This document shows positions 18,711 to 28,868 of a stretch of DNA of 64,000 bases, piece after piece. The position numbers and the translations under genes are program-made. The notes beneath the pieces were generated by a model, which worked only from the letters and a program-made list of their open reading frames with translations, made no database searches and was not told the DNA's origin. Where the stretch lies: IMG/VR virus record IMGVR_UViG_3300037517_002797, one strand, 5' to 3'. The first letter of the stretch is position 1. Every line of letters begins with the position of its first letter. Origin of the DNA: an uncultured virus (IMG/VR IMGVR_UViG_3300037517_002797). Taxonomy: Duplodnaviria > Heunggongvirae > Uroviricota > Caudoviricetes.

Positions 18711-19910
18711 CTATCCGATCCAGCCGGACCTGTAGTACACGTCCATAGTTGCGGCGCCAGTTGCGTCGGTATCGTCTGTGAATGTTATCACGTTGTCTCC
18801 TGGCTCAAGTCTGATCCAGTCAGTAAGAACCTCAAGCATTGACCGTGTCCCAGTGGTTTGACTGTTAAAAACTACAGATCGGTCATAAGTGTCAATTTCA
18901 AGAATATCAGCGTCAATTGCAGCAGTTCCACTGGCAGCGCCGTACGCAACGTTTGCGGCAACTTTGTCATATGTAAATGTTGAAGTTGTTGGGACACTGG
19001 CAATTGTATGCGTTCCGTCAAACGTTGCATTTGAAATGCTAACAGTGACAAGATCTCCGGCAATGAATCCATGTGTCGTGCTTGTCGTAATCGTAGCAAT
19101 ATTGCTTGCAAGTTGGCTGTTTGAGACACTTTTTGAAGTGGCTGCTCGAAGTGGTTGAATAATTGTAATGAACTCTTCATTTGCCGCGTTGTAGATTGTC
19201 CCTGGTCCAGCAAGCGGGCCTTCAACGACAAACACTGCTGAGACTCGTGTGTTTCCATCATTTGAAATTGTGCGCGTTCCAGTCTCACTTACCGCGCTAT
19301 TAGCAGAAGGAATTGTAGTGATGTCGTAGCCATCTGGCTCGGCGGTATTCCACGAGTACTTAATTGGATCAGCGGCGCGTAGACCAATTGAAAAGTCAAT
19401 GCGGCCTCGAGGACTTACTGATGTGATGCTTGGGCGTCCACTAAGTCGTACCTTAGAGGCTTTGATTGGATTTTCATGAACCTTAAGCCAGCCATACGTG
19501 TACACCAGACTTGTTGATGTAATTAGTTCATTTCGAGCTGCAGGTGCAAGACTTGGATCTGGAGTAAGAATTGAGCCGTTCAATGTCAACTGGCGAGCAA
19601 GCCAACGACCGCGGACGTCATATGATCCGTCGCCGTAGCCGCGCTCAATATCTGGAACCATTGGATCTGGGTGAACCCACCAACCTTCAATATCTGTGCA
19701 CACCCACACAACGTTGTTTTCATCAATTCTGTTGAGGACAAGATCATTTATCTCGATGTCATTCTTTAACTTCATTCCCGTAAACCACGGGCGCGGTAAA
19801 GCAGTTAGCGACCTGTTTACAGCTACGTTTTCATTTGCCTGCGATGGGGCGTCAGTATATTCTCCTGCGCCGTATTCTCCAGCTCCGTAAGCTAATTCTG
19901 CTGCTGCCAT
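18711..19910 (-). CDS. Distal tail (Dit)-like protein
   Basis: IEGWW, R.LTL.G, L.AADPIKYS, N.G....F.V.GP, LEIDT, W..LEPG.N, YRSGW. Confidence 0.7.
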   Translation of the reverse strand: MAAAELAYGAGEYGAGEYTDAPSQANENVAVNRSLTALPRPWFTGMKLKNDIEINDLVLNRIDENNVVWVCTDIEGWWVHPDPMVPDIERGYGDGSYDVRGRWLARQLTLNGSILTPDPSLAPAARNELITSTSLVYTYGWLKVHENPIKASKVRLSGRPSITSVSPRGRIDFSIGLRAADPIKYSWNTAEPDGYDITTIPSANSAVSETGTRTISNDGNTRVSAVFVVEGPLAGPGTIYNAANEEFITIIQPLRAATSKSVSNSQLASNIATITTSTTHGFIAGDLVTVSISNATFDGTHTIASVPTTSTFTYDKVAANVAYGAASGTAAIDADILEIDTYDRSVVFNSQTTGTRSMLEVLTDWIRLEPGDNVITFTDDTDATGAATMDVYYRSGWIG

Positions 19911-19937
19911 GATGTGTCCTTACTTCCCCTGCGCGAA

Positions 19938-21218
19938 CTAGCCGATGTTTCCAACTGTTGGTCCTGCGCCCATGTCAATGTACATGAAGTTGCTTCCAAC
20001 TGCAGATGTAACAGTTCCAGAAGAGCAGTTAACAACAAGACCAAGCCGTGTGTCCGCTACTGGAACGACGGTGCCAAGAATTCTGGCAACCATGTTTGTC
20101 GCGTCTGAAACAACAAAAGAAGCAGCCGATGTGGTTGTTGCAGCTCCAGTTGCATTTATGTTAGTGATGTTTCCGTTTGTTCCAGTTGTCAGTGTAGTGC
20201 CAACTGTCATAAGTTCAATGATTCCAATTAAGTCAAGGTTTGTCGCCGCCGAGTTCGCAAACGAAAAAGTAATTGTCCCAGACGTTGCCTTTGTGAACTT
20301 AAGGTAGTACTCAAACTTGTATAAACGACCAGCGAGCAATGCAGGGCGAACCGTTGAAGTAAAGAAGTGACCTCCAGAAGCAACGCTAGCGCCAGACGTA
20401 ATCTCACCCATCTGCGGAGCCATAACAATTCCTCGACCAGTGCCGTTTGTTGTATCGCCGGTAACAAACATCGTGTTTCCGTCAAACTCAATTGCACCCT
20501 GAGTAGGAGAAGTAAGGTTTGTGCCGTTGTTCAACTTAATTGCAGCTGCTGAAGTAGTTCCAGCAGTAATCGTTGGTGCTGTCAATGTTTTAGTTGTCAA
20601 AGTTTGGTTGTCAGATGTACCAACAATTGTTCCAGTTGGCACAGTCTTGCCGAGGACCTCTGTCGCGCTGAGCACGGTGGATCCGTTGATCTCATAGACT
20701 TTGCCAGACACGAGGTTAAAGTCTTCAGATGATGTCCAAGCCGCTGTCGAGTTTACCCAGTTAAGTGTCTTATCAGTGGCACCCTTAAGCGTGATTCCGC
20801 CGCCGTCTGCCGTGGTGTTTGACGGTGTTGTGACAGACCCAAGCTCGAGGTTCTTATCGTCTACAGAAATAGTGGTGCTGTTCACTGTAGTTGTGGTTCC
20901 GTCTACAGTCAAGTTTCCGGTGAGGACAATGTTTCCAGTAACACTTGCGTTTCCAGTAACTGTTAGTGACCCACCGACTGAGGCGTTTCCACTAATCGTG
21001 ACGTTGCTAAGAGTACCTACGCTTGTCAGACTTGATGTTGTCACGTTAGACGAGAGCGTTGTTCCGACAACACCGTTTGCCGCAGCTTTGATTGCCCAGG
21101 TGTTCGAGCTTAAGTGCGCAAAGCGATTATCAATTGCCGTAATCGCAGCGTTCAGTACCGTACCCCAACCAGTGTCTCCGTTGTCTGGAACCGGTGTGCC
21201 ATCTATTAATGTTGTCAT
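19938..21218 (-). CDS. Virion fibre-like protein, Thr/Ser/Gly-rich
   Basis: P..GD..WG..LN.A N-terminus, GNLTV.GTTTT.NST...VDDKN.ELG, QTLT.KTLTAP. Confidence 0.6.
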   Translation of the reverse strand: MTTLIDGTPVPDNGDTGWGTVLNAAITAIDNRFAHLSSNTWAIKAAANGVVGTTLSSNVTTSSLTSVGTLSNVTISGNASVGGSLTVTGNASVTGNIVLTGNLTVDGTTTTVNSTTISVDDKNLELGSVTTPSNTTADGGGITLKGATDKTLNWVNSTAAWTSSEDFNLVSGKVYEINGSTVLSATEVLGKTVPTGTIVGTSDNQTLTTKTLTAPTITAGTTSAAAIKLNNGTNLTSPTQGAIEFDGNTMFVTGDTTNGTGRGIVMAPQMGEITSGASVASGGHFFTSTVRPALLAGRLYKFEYYLKFTKATSGTITFSFANSAATNLDLIGIIELMTVGTTLTTGTNGNITNINATGAATTTSAASFVVSDATNMVARILGTVVPVADTRLGLVVNCSSGTVTSAVGSNFMYIDMGAGPTVGNIG

Positions 21219-21235
21219 ATTTTTCTCCTAGTTGC

Positions 21236-24200
21236 TTATGCTGCTCCGCGCCGTAGTTGAAGCGCAAGTTGGCGCGAAACAACTGACGCTAGTTCTATCT
21301 CGTCCATACCTGGCGATGGGTTCACATTTACAGTAATTCCACCCTGTCCTCCAGATAGCATTGTAATGATCGCTCTATCACGCTTAGAGAGACCGCTTTC
21401 GTCAAGCGGTTCTACACGTTCAGCACGCCCTGCCTCGCCTATGCGTGCGAGAGTGCCGCCTGGTGACGGCATAATGACGCCTCCTTCAGCAAGCTCTGGA
21501 ATGTCTGGAAGGCCAAGAGTAAATCCGCCAACAGTTACTCCAAATATCTTTGCAGATGGAATCCTAAACTCCATTCTGTTCCAGGCACGAATGATGAAGT
21601 TGATCGCGGACTTAAATGTATCTCTAATTGCATCGCCAATTCGTCCAAATATCTGTCGAGCGCCGCTAACTACTCCAGTAATGAAGTTCCACGCATTAGT
21701 AAACGCTGTCCTAATGCCGTTCCATACGTTACCCCAAATTGTACCGATGAGTCCAAAGATTGGCTTAATTACGTTGTTCCAGTAGAATTCCACTAGCGTA
21801 GAAACGTAGCGCCATACTGTAGAAAACACGGCTTGAATTCCATTCCATACGCCGCCCCATACAGTGCCAATAAACCCAAACACTGGCTTGATTATGTTGT
21901 TCCAAGCAAACTCAATTCCACCGGTAATTAAGTTCCACACAGTCGTGTAGTACAGCAGAATGCCATCCCAGATTAGACCCCACACAGCACCAATAAGACC
22001 AAATATCGGTTGAATTACGTTGTTCCAAGCAAAGTCAATAGAGGTGGTAATTATGTTCCAAGCTGTTTCAAATGCAACCTGCATTGCTCCCCACACAGCA
22101 CCAACAACGACACCAAAGATCTCAAATATCGGTCTGATTATGTTGTTCCATGCAAATTGAATTGAATTGTAGATTGCCGGCCACACGAGGTCCCACGCCG
22201 CTTGAATACCTCTCCAAATTGCAATTATGCCTAGCCCCATTAGAATAAATGGCAGCATGATTAGTCCAACAGCGATCTTAAAAGCGATTACAAGTCCAGG
22301 CCACACTGCGTCCCACGCTGCCCTGATTCCATTCCAAATTCCAGAAAAGAATCCGCCAATCAGTCCACCGACAAACTGGATACCTTCCCATAGGAAATCT
22401 ATGCCTGCCTTAATTCCTTCCCATGCAATGAGGGCTACTGCTTGGATTCCATTCCAAATAGGAGCAAAAAACCCGGCAATTAGTCCGCCGACATATTGGA
22501 TGCCTTCCCAAAGAGCATCGAGTCCTGCCTTAATCCCGCGCCATACTGCGTCAACGATGTCACGAACAAACTCAAACCTCTTATACAGTACAACAAGTAT
22601 TGCGATCAAAGCAACAATGCCAAGAACCCACCACGTGATTGGACTTTTCCACATTGTCATGTTTAGAATTCGCTGCGCAATCGTTGTTTGCTTGATGTTG
22701 AATGCAAGCTGCTTTAGCTGGCCAGGAACATTTTTAAGTGCAGTAATTCCAGCTTTAATCTTGTCCTGAGCGTACATTGCCTTAAGTGCTGCGGTTTCCA
22801 TAGCGCTCTTAAACTTCGCTATGTTTGCTGCTGAAAGTATCATGCTGCCCTTGATGTACAGCCCTGTTAGCTGTGCAACGCGACCAAGAACTCCAAAAGC
22901 CGCTCGTGCAGCATGGATCATTGCCAACATTTTGAAGACTTCTCCAACAAGTGGTATTGCCAAGAACCCGGTTAGCACGTCCATGGCTTTTGAAAGAATA
23001 CCAAAGAATACTTGCACGCTGCCAGACTCGATGAACGCCGCGGTCATCTTTAGGAAGCTTTCTATAGCTTTAGCAAAGGTCTCACCACCTTTGATTAGCT
23101 CTGGCATCTTGTCAAGAATTGCGTCAATTCCTGATCCAACTCGTTTCATCGATCCTTCAAATGATTCATCACCACCAGCACGAAGGATTGCTGCAACAAT
23201 CCTCCCAAGAATGCTAAGAATCTCTTGAAAGCCGGCCCAAGCAACTTGAAAATACTCTTGTAGCTTTCCACTGGCAAGGTGCTTTGCTGTAAAGTCTTCA
23301 AACCTCTGCGACAGATCAATGAACCAGTCCATCATTGTTTGGCCTGCGCCACCCTGGCCTGAAATAGCTCTACCAATGTTCATAAACGCGCCGACAATGT
23401 TTCCAAGAATTGTGCCAAAGTCGGCGGCAATCTCACCAGACCTGTTGAACATGTCTGTTAGTCCGCTGATGTTTCCTTCAGCGTCCTTTGCCCAGCCGCC
23501 AGTGAGTGCGACAATCCAGTCAGTAAACTTGCGAATAAGTGGATCAGCAGCAACAAGAAGCGCAGAGATCAGTCTTGTAATGTTTCCAAGTACTTTACCT
23601 GTGTTTTCAAGAACATAGTTGTTTGTATCCATGTTCTTGCCAATGTTCTGAATTGCGGTAGGGCTAGTGATTGCTGCTGCAAAATCTTTTGAAGCTTTAC
23701 CGAGAGCAATGCCAGTCTCTCTTAGCTTTGTTTCAATAGTTGGGAAAAGCTTAGTAACAACTAAACTAATTGCATCTTGCAATGCTGGAAGAAGACCTTC
23801 GCTAACTGCGAGCTTGAGCTTGTCAATTTGCGGCTTAAGTCCGGCAATGAACTTAGCAAATTCAATTTGAAATTCGTTTAGGCCAGCAAATGGGTCTTGT
23901 CCGCCGCCGCCTTTTCCAGCCTTTGCGTCTTTGACTTCTTTATCTGCAAGAAGCTTATCATCAGCCGCTCTGTTTAAGTCTCTTCTAGCCGCCGTTTCAG
24001 CCTCGATAGCGTCTAGAACAGTCCTTGAGTTTGCGACTTGTTGCTCAGTACTCCACTGACCATTGTTAGTTGCTTTATTGAGATCTTTGTTAAGCTCTTG
24101 CACGCTAGTTCGTGATCTGCGTAAGTTAAGATCAGCTTCAGCAAACGCAAGTTCGGCTTCGCGGCGGGCACGGTTATTTGGTGGAAGGTCCTGTACACGA

Positions 24201-24850
24201 AGCAAAGCTTCACGAGCTTTTTCAAGTTCAATTACCGCGCGCTTTTCACTGATGACAGCGTCTTCGCTGTCGTATTTAAGTTTTTTGAGCGCTCTATCTG
24301 CTTCTTCGTACGCATCTGTGACAGCCCTCTGCGCCTTTTCAAGTCGCAATTGGCTATCAAGCCAACGATCAGTTGCGTCACGGGCAGCGCGAAGCAATTG
24401 CGGCATTCTGTCAACACCACCACCAGGCTTTGTTATCGCACCAATTGCTTTTCCAATACCACTAAACGCGAGCTTGAATGCTGCCATGCCCTGGATAAAA
24501 GCAGAGATAACACCGCCAAGAACTATGAAAGATGGCGCGGCGGCAGCGGCTTGAAACGCCATGACAGAAAGACCCGCAGCAGCTGAGCCAAGGGCAGGAG
24601 CGAGTAGTCCAACAGCACCCTGCAACTTATAACCAGACTTAATTAACTCATTGATTGCTTTGTATGTTTCTACCGCGTCTTGCTCAACTCGTGTAAACCC
24701 ACTTGAAGAGCCTTTGCTAAAACTTCTACCAAGCGTGGAACCAAGCTTTGAGAACCGCGACTCAAGGCCATCAATGATGTCTTCAATATCGTCTTTAAAT
24801 CCAGTTGTAATTGCATTAACAACGATGTAGGCACTACCGACTACGGCCAT
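21236..24850 (-). CDS. Tape measure protein (1204 aa)
   Basis: VVG.AY N-terminus, helical Ala-rich body, 11-residue Trp/Phe periodicity, IP.LA.GG..GEAG..E C-terminus; follows the chaperones. Confidence 0.9.
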   Translation of the reverse strand: MAVVGSAYIVVNAITTGFKDDIEDIIDGLESRFSKLGSTLGRSFSKGSSSGFTRVEQDAVETYKAINELIKSGYKLQGAVGLLAPALGSAAAGLSVMAFQAAAAAPSFIVLGGVISAFIQGMAAFKLAFSGIGKAIGAITKPGGGVDRMPQLLRAARDATDRWLDSQLRLEKAQRAVTDAYEEADRALKKLKYDSEDAVISEKRAVIELEKAREALLRVQDLPPNNRARREAELAFAEADLNLRRSRTSVQELNKDLNKATNNGQWSTEQQVANSRTVLDAIEAETAARRDLNRAADDKLLADKEVKDAKAGKGGGGQDPFAGLNEFQIEFAKFIAGLKPQIDKLKLAVSEGLLPALQDAISLVVTKLFPTIETKLRETGIALGKASKDFAAAITSPTAIQNIGKNMDTNNYVLENTGKVLGNITRLISALLVAADPLIRKFTDWIVALTGGWAKDAEGNISGLTDMFNRSGEIAADFGTILGNIVGAFMNIGRAISGQGGAGQTMMDWFIDLSQRFEDFTAKHLASGKLQEYFQVAWAGFQEILSILGRIVAAILRAGGDESFEGSMKRVGSGIDAILDKMPELIKGGETFAKAIESFLKMTAAFIESGSVQVFFGILSKAMDVLTGFLAIPLVGEVFKMLAMIHAARAAFGVLGRVAQLTGLYIKGSMILSAANIAKFKSAMETAALKAMYAQDKIKAGITALKNVPGQLKQLAFNIKQTTIAQRILNMTMWKSPITWWVLGIVALIAILVVLYKRFEFVRDIVDAVWRGIKAGLDALWEGIQYVGGLIAGFFAPIWNGIQAVALIAWEGIKAGIDFLWEGIQFVGGLIGGFFSGIWNGIRAAWDAVWPGLVIAFKIAVGLIMLPFILMGLGIIAIWRGIQAAWDLVWPAIYNSIQFAWNNIIRPIFEIFGVVVGAVWGAMQVAFETAWNIITTSIDFAWNNVIQPIFGLIGAVWGLIWDGILLYYTTVWNLITGGIEFAWNNIIKPVFGFIGTVWGGVWNGIQAVFSTVWRYVSTLVEFYWNNVIKPIFGLIGTIWGNVWNGIRTAFTNAWNFITGVVSGARQIFGRIGDAIRDTFKSAINFIIRAWNRMEFRIPSAKIFGVTVGGFTLGLPDIPELAEGGVIMPSPGGTLARIGEAGRAERVEPLDESGLSKRDRAIITMLSGGQGGITVNVNPSPGMDEIELASVVSRQLALQLRRGAA

Positions 24851-24904
24851 ATGTCTTCACCTCCTTCCATCATAGTGTCTACGTCTATTCTAAAACATCT
24901 ACAA

Positions 24905-25330
24905 CTACCTGAGTGGGGCATCTAATGCGCGGCCAAACGGTAGTGGTGAGTTTTCATCTGGAAGTGACGCTGAAATATAAGGCTTTGTTTCTCCAGAGCG
25001 AGCAAACGGATCTACTGGCATTGGAATGTCATCATCGTCTGCAAGAGGAGGCTCGATATTGCGCGTAGACGACGAGCTATTAGTAGCGTACTTGTACTCT
25101 GTGTTGTACAGTTCTCTGTAGATTACTTGCCTAAACTTGCCCTTCGCCTCGAGCGCTTCACCAGACGCAGCGTTCAACGAATCTTCTTCAAATAAGAAAT
25201 GAAGAAAATCAACCGCGTCAGCGGCGTCTAATTGTCGGATATCAACACCAAGGGAAATTGCCTTGCCGTTGACATACGGCCAGAGATCAACTGCCCAAGC
25301 TAGGAAGCTGCTGGCGGCTGCGTAGGGCGG
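24905..25330 (-). CDS. Tail assembly chaperone, frameshift extension (G-T type)
   Basis: -1 frame is open from 25330 to the stop at 24905 (PYAAASSFLAWAVDLWPYVNG...), overlapping the end of 25300..25641. Confidence 0.7.
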   Translation of the reverse strand, partial: PPYAAASSFLAWAVDLWPYVNGKAISLGVDIRQLDAADAVDFLHFLFEEDSLNAASGEALEAKGKFRQVIYRELYNTEYKYATNSSSSTRNIEPPLADDDDIPMPVDPFARSGETKPYISASLPDENSPLPFGRALDAPLR

Positions 25331-25641
25331 TCAGAGTACTGCTCCACCAACCAAGCAACAATGTTGCTCAACTGCTCAACTTCAACAATCTTGTCATCGC
25401 TCTGTACTAGCGCGTCAAATCGTTCGTAGCTTTCTGCAATAAGAACAAGCTTAAAGAACTTGTTGATGATTGCAGCTGCCTCACCTGGATTGTCTTGCGC
25501 TGACGACGCAGCGACAAGGTCAAGAAGAACTTTTCCTTGCATCTTTGGCTTGCATGAAAAGTCTTCTCCATGAAGCTTAAATGAAAGTGGCTCTGCTGGT
25601 TTGTCTTGATCTCCAGCGCCAAAATCTTTGAATCTTGCCAT
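25300..25641 (-). CDS. Tail assembly chaperone
   Basis: 113 aa directly before the TMP region; WLVEQY..RPT end. Confidence 0.8.
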   Translation of the reverse strand: MARFKDFGAGDQDKPAEPLSFKLHGEDFSCKPKMQGKVLLDLVAASSAQDNPGEAAAIINKFFKLVLIAESYERFDALVQSDDKIVEVEQLSNIVAWLVEQYSDRPTQPPAAS

Positions 25642-25678
25642 ATGTGTTTTCTCCGTATGTTTGTGTTATCTGTCGTTA

Positions 25679-26065
25679 TTACTTTACCATGTACAAAAAG
25701 GTAGTTAGGTACCTATTCGGTCTGGTTCCCGGGTGCGCTACTTGTCGCGAGTAAACTATTCTTCCTCTAGAGGAAAACCTAAGAAGTCCTCCACTGTCTG
25801 CTCTAATAATGTGTGGACGCGTACCTTCGTGGTGCATGTACGCATATGACAATGGCGAACCGATTGTCATCTTTTGGCCAGTTGGAGTTGGCTCTTGTGA
25901 CATATTGATAGATGCTGCTAGCGCACCTGTTCTTTTTCCAACCTTCATCTTTGCAGCCGCAGTAATTCGTAAACCACGGCCAAACATGTGACGACCAACG
26001 TCGCCAGTTGGATCTTTTAATAGACGAAATAAGGCTGGTTCGTTCCAAACAATGTAGTGTGCCAT
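25679..26065 (-). CDS. HK97 gp10-like neck/tail completion protein
   Basis: RTGAL.ASI, YAY.HHEGT.PH.I, V.HPGT.PN.YL. Confidence 0.8.
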   Translation of the reverse strand: MAHYIVWNEPALFRLLKDPTGDVGRHMFGRGLRITAAAKMKVGKRTGALAASINMSQEPTPTGQKMTIGSPLSYAYMHHEGTRPHIIRADSGGLLRFSSRGRIVYSRQVAHPGTRPNRYLTTFLYMVK

Positions 26066-26568
26066 TACGGTATCGCCATCGTAAGTTGCATCGTGACAAG
26101 TTGAAACCCGCCTTCTGGAGGTGGAATGTCAACAGTTGCGATTGTACCTACACCAAAAGTACCTGGTTCCCACTGGTCAAGTACGTTAATTGACTGCATA
26201 AGAACCCAGGCGTCTATTGCCGAAATTTCAGCGCCTTCTGAGATCTTTTCAGCAGACGGTGGACGACCGTTCACTCCAACTACTGGTATCTCTCGAGCGA
26301 TCAATATAGTCATAACTGCGCTTCTAGGCATGTTGCACTTTTGCGGAGCAGAAGCTTGGTCTCCTGGAGCACCCAAGTAAATCTGAACTAAAGATACAGA
26401 AAGTTGTTCACAATCAATTGCGACCTGTCCGACGTTCCAGTACCGCCTATTTGGCAGTGGAACATTGTGAGACTCAAAGATTGACACAACGCTGTCAAGA
26501 ACATTTTGAAGTAAGTTCTTTACATTAAGAGCATCGTCTGAAACGTCTGCGATAGATGTGATTGCCAT
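26065..26568 (-). CDS. Head-tail connector/tail terminator-like protein
   Basis: Position in neck module; DC.QL.V, P.GG motifs. Confidence 0.6.
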   Translation of the reverse strand: MAITSIADVSDDALNVKNLLQNVLDSVVSIFESHNVPLPNRRYWNVGQVAIDCEQLSVSLVQIYLGAPGDQASAPQKCNMPRSAVMTILIAREIPVVGVNGRPPSAEKISEGAEISAIDAWVLMQSINVLDQWEPGTFGVGTIATVDIPPPEGGFQLVTMQLTMAIP

Positions 26569-26570
26569 GG

Positions 26571-27713
26571 CTAGTCGCCAATCGTAACAATTGGATTTAA
26601 CTGAGGTGTTGACATGTTGATTCTCAGGTTTCCAGATGCTACATAGACAGTCTCAATTTGACCTTCGTATTCAATGCTCGGCCGCGATGCGTACATATCC
26701 CACGTGCCTGGGTCAACAAGACCAACTATCGCAAGGGCGTCTTCGTATTGGACATTGATTTGAACAGAGTTGTCGTCCTCGAGTAGTAGTACTGATCCTT
26801 CACCAAGGTCACGAGACTTTACGTTTGCCCAGTCATTGATAGTTACTCGTGGTATCCAACCAGTTCCATCAAGCAACCACCACGCGTTGAGGTAGTCGTA
26901 GGTGATTGCAACTGAACCGTAGCTTCCATTCACAATTGTGATGTCTTGAATTGACTTAACGAGCTTGTCATCTTTTGGTGTAAGCCTTCGTGCGCGGGCG
27001 AGGTCAGGACTAAATACTCGGGCGCGGTTCTTTGCATTGTCTGGGTTTACTGACTTTAAGAACAAGTCAACAAAGTAGATGCCAGTACGGCCTTGAGCAA
27101 CAAACTCTTGTGGGTCAAGAATTGTGTAAGAAACACCTTGACGTGCAATACTCGTTACGCGCTGTGGAAGCTCGCAATCTTCTCCAGACCACATCTTGCA
27201 GAACTCAATAGCAAGCATTCGTGCGGCCATCTTTCCCATTGCTGGGGCCTCAACACCATACGTGTATGTAACTTCAACGTTGCATGGTCTCCATGGGACA
27301 CCACGAACTGGTTGAATAACAGAATGGTCTGAAAGGTAGTAATAGTTCGGGTTAATGATCTCGCCGAGGTGATCACGAATTGCGTGAACTTTTGTCACTG
27401 GCTTTCCGCGCAAACGAAGTCGTGAACCTGTTGTAATTCCATCAGACGCTGTTTCATAAAAGTCATAGGCAGTCAGTGGAATGTTCTGCACGTCGCCATT
27501 GACGAGTGCTGCAGTAGTTGTTCCCCGAGCAAGGCCGTAGTTGTGTCCGCGCGTTGCGCAGACATATCGCTCTGTTACCGTCGTTGCGCCACTGTACTTT
27601 CGTCCCGACAATTGGAAAAGAAGCTGCGATGCTACTTTTGCTGCGTCGTACGAGAACTCTGAGTCTGAGTAGCTGCCAAGATCTGAAGTGCTTACCCAGA
27701 GGTTTGTCATCAA
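26571..27713 (-). CDS. Head-to-tail adaptor
   Basis: ASQLL..LSGR, VTYTYG..P, C.LPQRVTSI.RQGVS, TGI..VD.F...NP. Confidence 0.75.
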   Translation of the reverse strand: MMTNLWVSTSDLGSYSDSEFSYDAAKVASQLLFQLSGRKYSGATTVTERYVCATRGHNYGLARGTTTAALVNGDVQNIPLTAYDFYETASDGITTGSRLRLRGKPVTKVHAIRDHLGEIINPNYYYLSDHSVIQPVRGVPWRPCNVEVTYTYGVEAPAMGKMAARMLAIEFCKMWSGEDCELPQRVTSIARQGVSYTILDPQEFVAQGRTGIYFVDLFLKSVNPDNAKNRARVFSPDLARARRLTPKDDKLVKSIQDITIVNGSYGSVAITYDYLNAWWLLDGTGWIPRVTINDWANVKSRDLGEGSVLLLEDDNSVQINVQYEDALAIVGLVDPGTWDMYASRPSIEYEGQIETVYVASGNLRINMSTPQLNPIVTIGD

Positions 27714-27741
27714 AGTTCCTTGTCTATTCAGTGCTCGTAAG

Positions 27742-27785
27742 TGAGCGTGGCGCGTAAGTACATACTACTACGAGCGCCACGCTCA
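27742..27785 (-). terminator. Inverted-repeat hairpin after the major tail gene
   Basis: TGAGCGTGGCGC...GCGCCACGCTCA perfect 12-bp arms. Confidence 0.6.
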
Positions 27786-27796
27786 GATTACGTGAA

Positions 27797-28846
27797 TTAC
27801 GCTGTTGGATCCTCCGAGGAAGCGATGATGAAGTCAATTGCTTCGTCAGCGTTGTATTCGGTGTTACCAGGTACGTTGTACTCAGTTGTTGAACCCTGCG
27901 ACGTAAAGTCAGTAACTGCCCAGCTATTTGCAAGAACAACTGCCGTACCAGTTTCTACGCCAGATGTAATTGTTCCGCTTGTTGCCGTGGTGTACGTGAA
28001 CGTTGTAGTGGTTGGTACCCCTGTGATTGTATACGTACCGTTAAGAGCGGCCGCGTTAGTTACTGCAGTGACTGTCACGCTGTCTCCTACACGGAAACCG
28101 TGCGCTGTTGACGTTGTAAGTGTAGCCGTTGTTGTGGAGCGAGCAGCGTTCGAGATCGTCTTTGAAAGATCTCCGTGCCATTCGTAGAAGCCCTTGCGAC
28201 CAGTTGGTGCCCACGAAGCACGAGCGTACGAGTACGGACGCTCTGTTGCCAATGGGAATTCCCAACGCTCATCAAGGCCGTCACCAAACAACGAGTTGCC
28301 GATGCTGTAGCCTTCAAATGTGCTTGCGAGCATTCCGTTCTCAATCACGCGGTCACCAGACTGACGCATACGGCAGTATGGGAAGACCCAGTGGAAGTAA
28401 GGAAGTGTTGCTGCGCGCTTGCCGTCCTTAACTGCGAATGACCAACACTCAATTGCAACACCGTTGCCGGCTGGGTCGTCACCAATACCTGGCGATGACC
28501 AACCGATGCTCTTTCGGTCAGGTGAAGCGAATGTTCCGAGGTTCTTGCGAAGCAAGAGACCACCAGACATAAGCTCTGTCAATTCAGGATCTGGTTCGCA
28601 AATAGCAAGTTCCATTGTCACACGCTTGAGTGTGTCTGGTGCCTTGTATGAAACGCAGATTGTTCCGTTTGCCGACTTCTCAACGATTTCATCGCCTTCT
28701 TCGTATTCAGGTGTGAACGAGATACGCATGAATGCGCTGGTCGTGTAACTGTCGCCAGGATTGTTGAGCAAGTTGCCAGCTGCATCAAGACGCGTGACGC
28801 GAATTGAAACACCTTGAATACTTGCTGCGTAGTCTTGGGTTGCCAT
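27797..28846 (-). CDS. Major tail (tube) protein with C-terminal accessory domain
   Basis: RVTRLD, PEYEEG.EI....A.G..C, C..DPEL, Y.HWVFP, IENG. Confidence 0.8.
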   Translation of the reverse strand: MATQDYAASIQGVSIRVTRLDAAGNLLNNPGDSYTTSAFMRISFTPEYEEGDEIVEKSANGTICVSYKAPDTLKRVTMELAICEPDPELTELMSGGLLLRKNLGTFASPDRKSIGWSSPGIGDDPAGNGVAIECWSFAVKDGKRAATLPYFHWVFPYCRMRQSGDRVIENGMLASTFEGYSIGNSLFGDGLDERWEFPLATERPYSYARASWAPTGRKGFYEWHGDLSKTISNAARSTTTATLTTSTAHGFRVGDSVTVTAVTNAAALNGTYTITGVPTTTTFTYTTATSGTITSGVETGTAVVLANSWAVTDFTSQGSTTEYNVPGNTEYNADEAIDFIIASSEDPTA

Positions 28847-28868
28847 GTTTTTATTTTCTCCTTAGGGA

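Noticed and set aside
24905..25177. Stand-alone 90-aa gene from the ORF track
   Set aside because: TTG start without an RBS; the frame extends to 25330 and is better explained as the frameshifted chaperone extension
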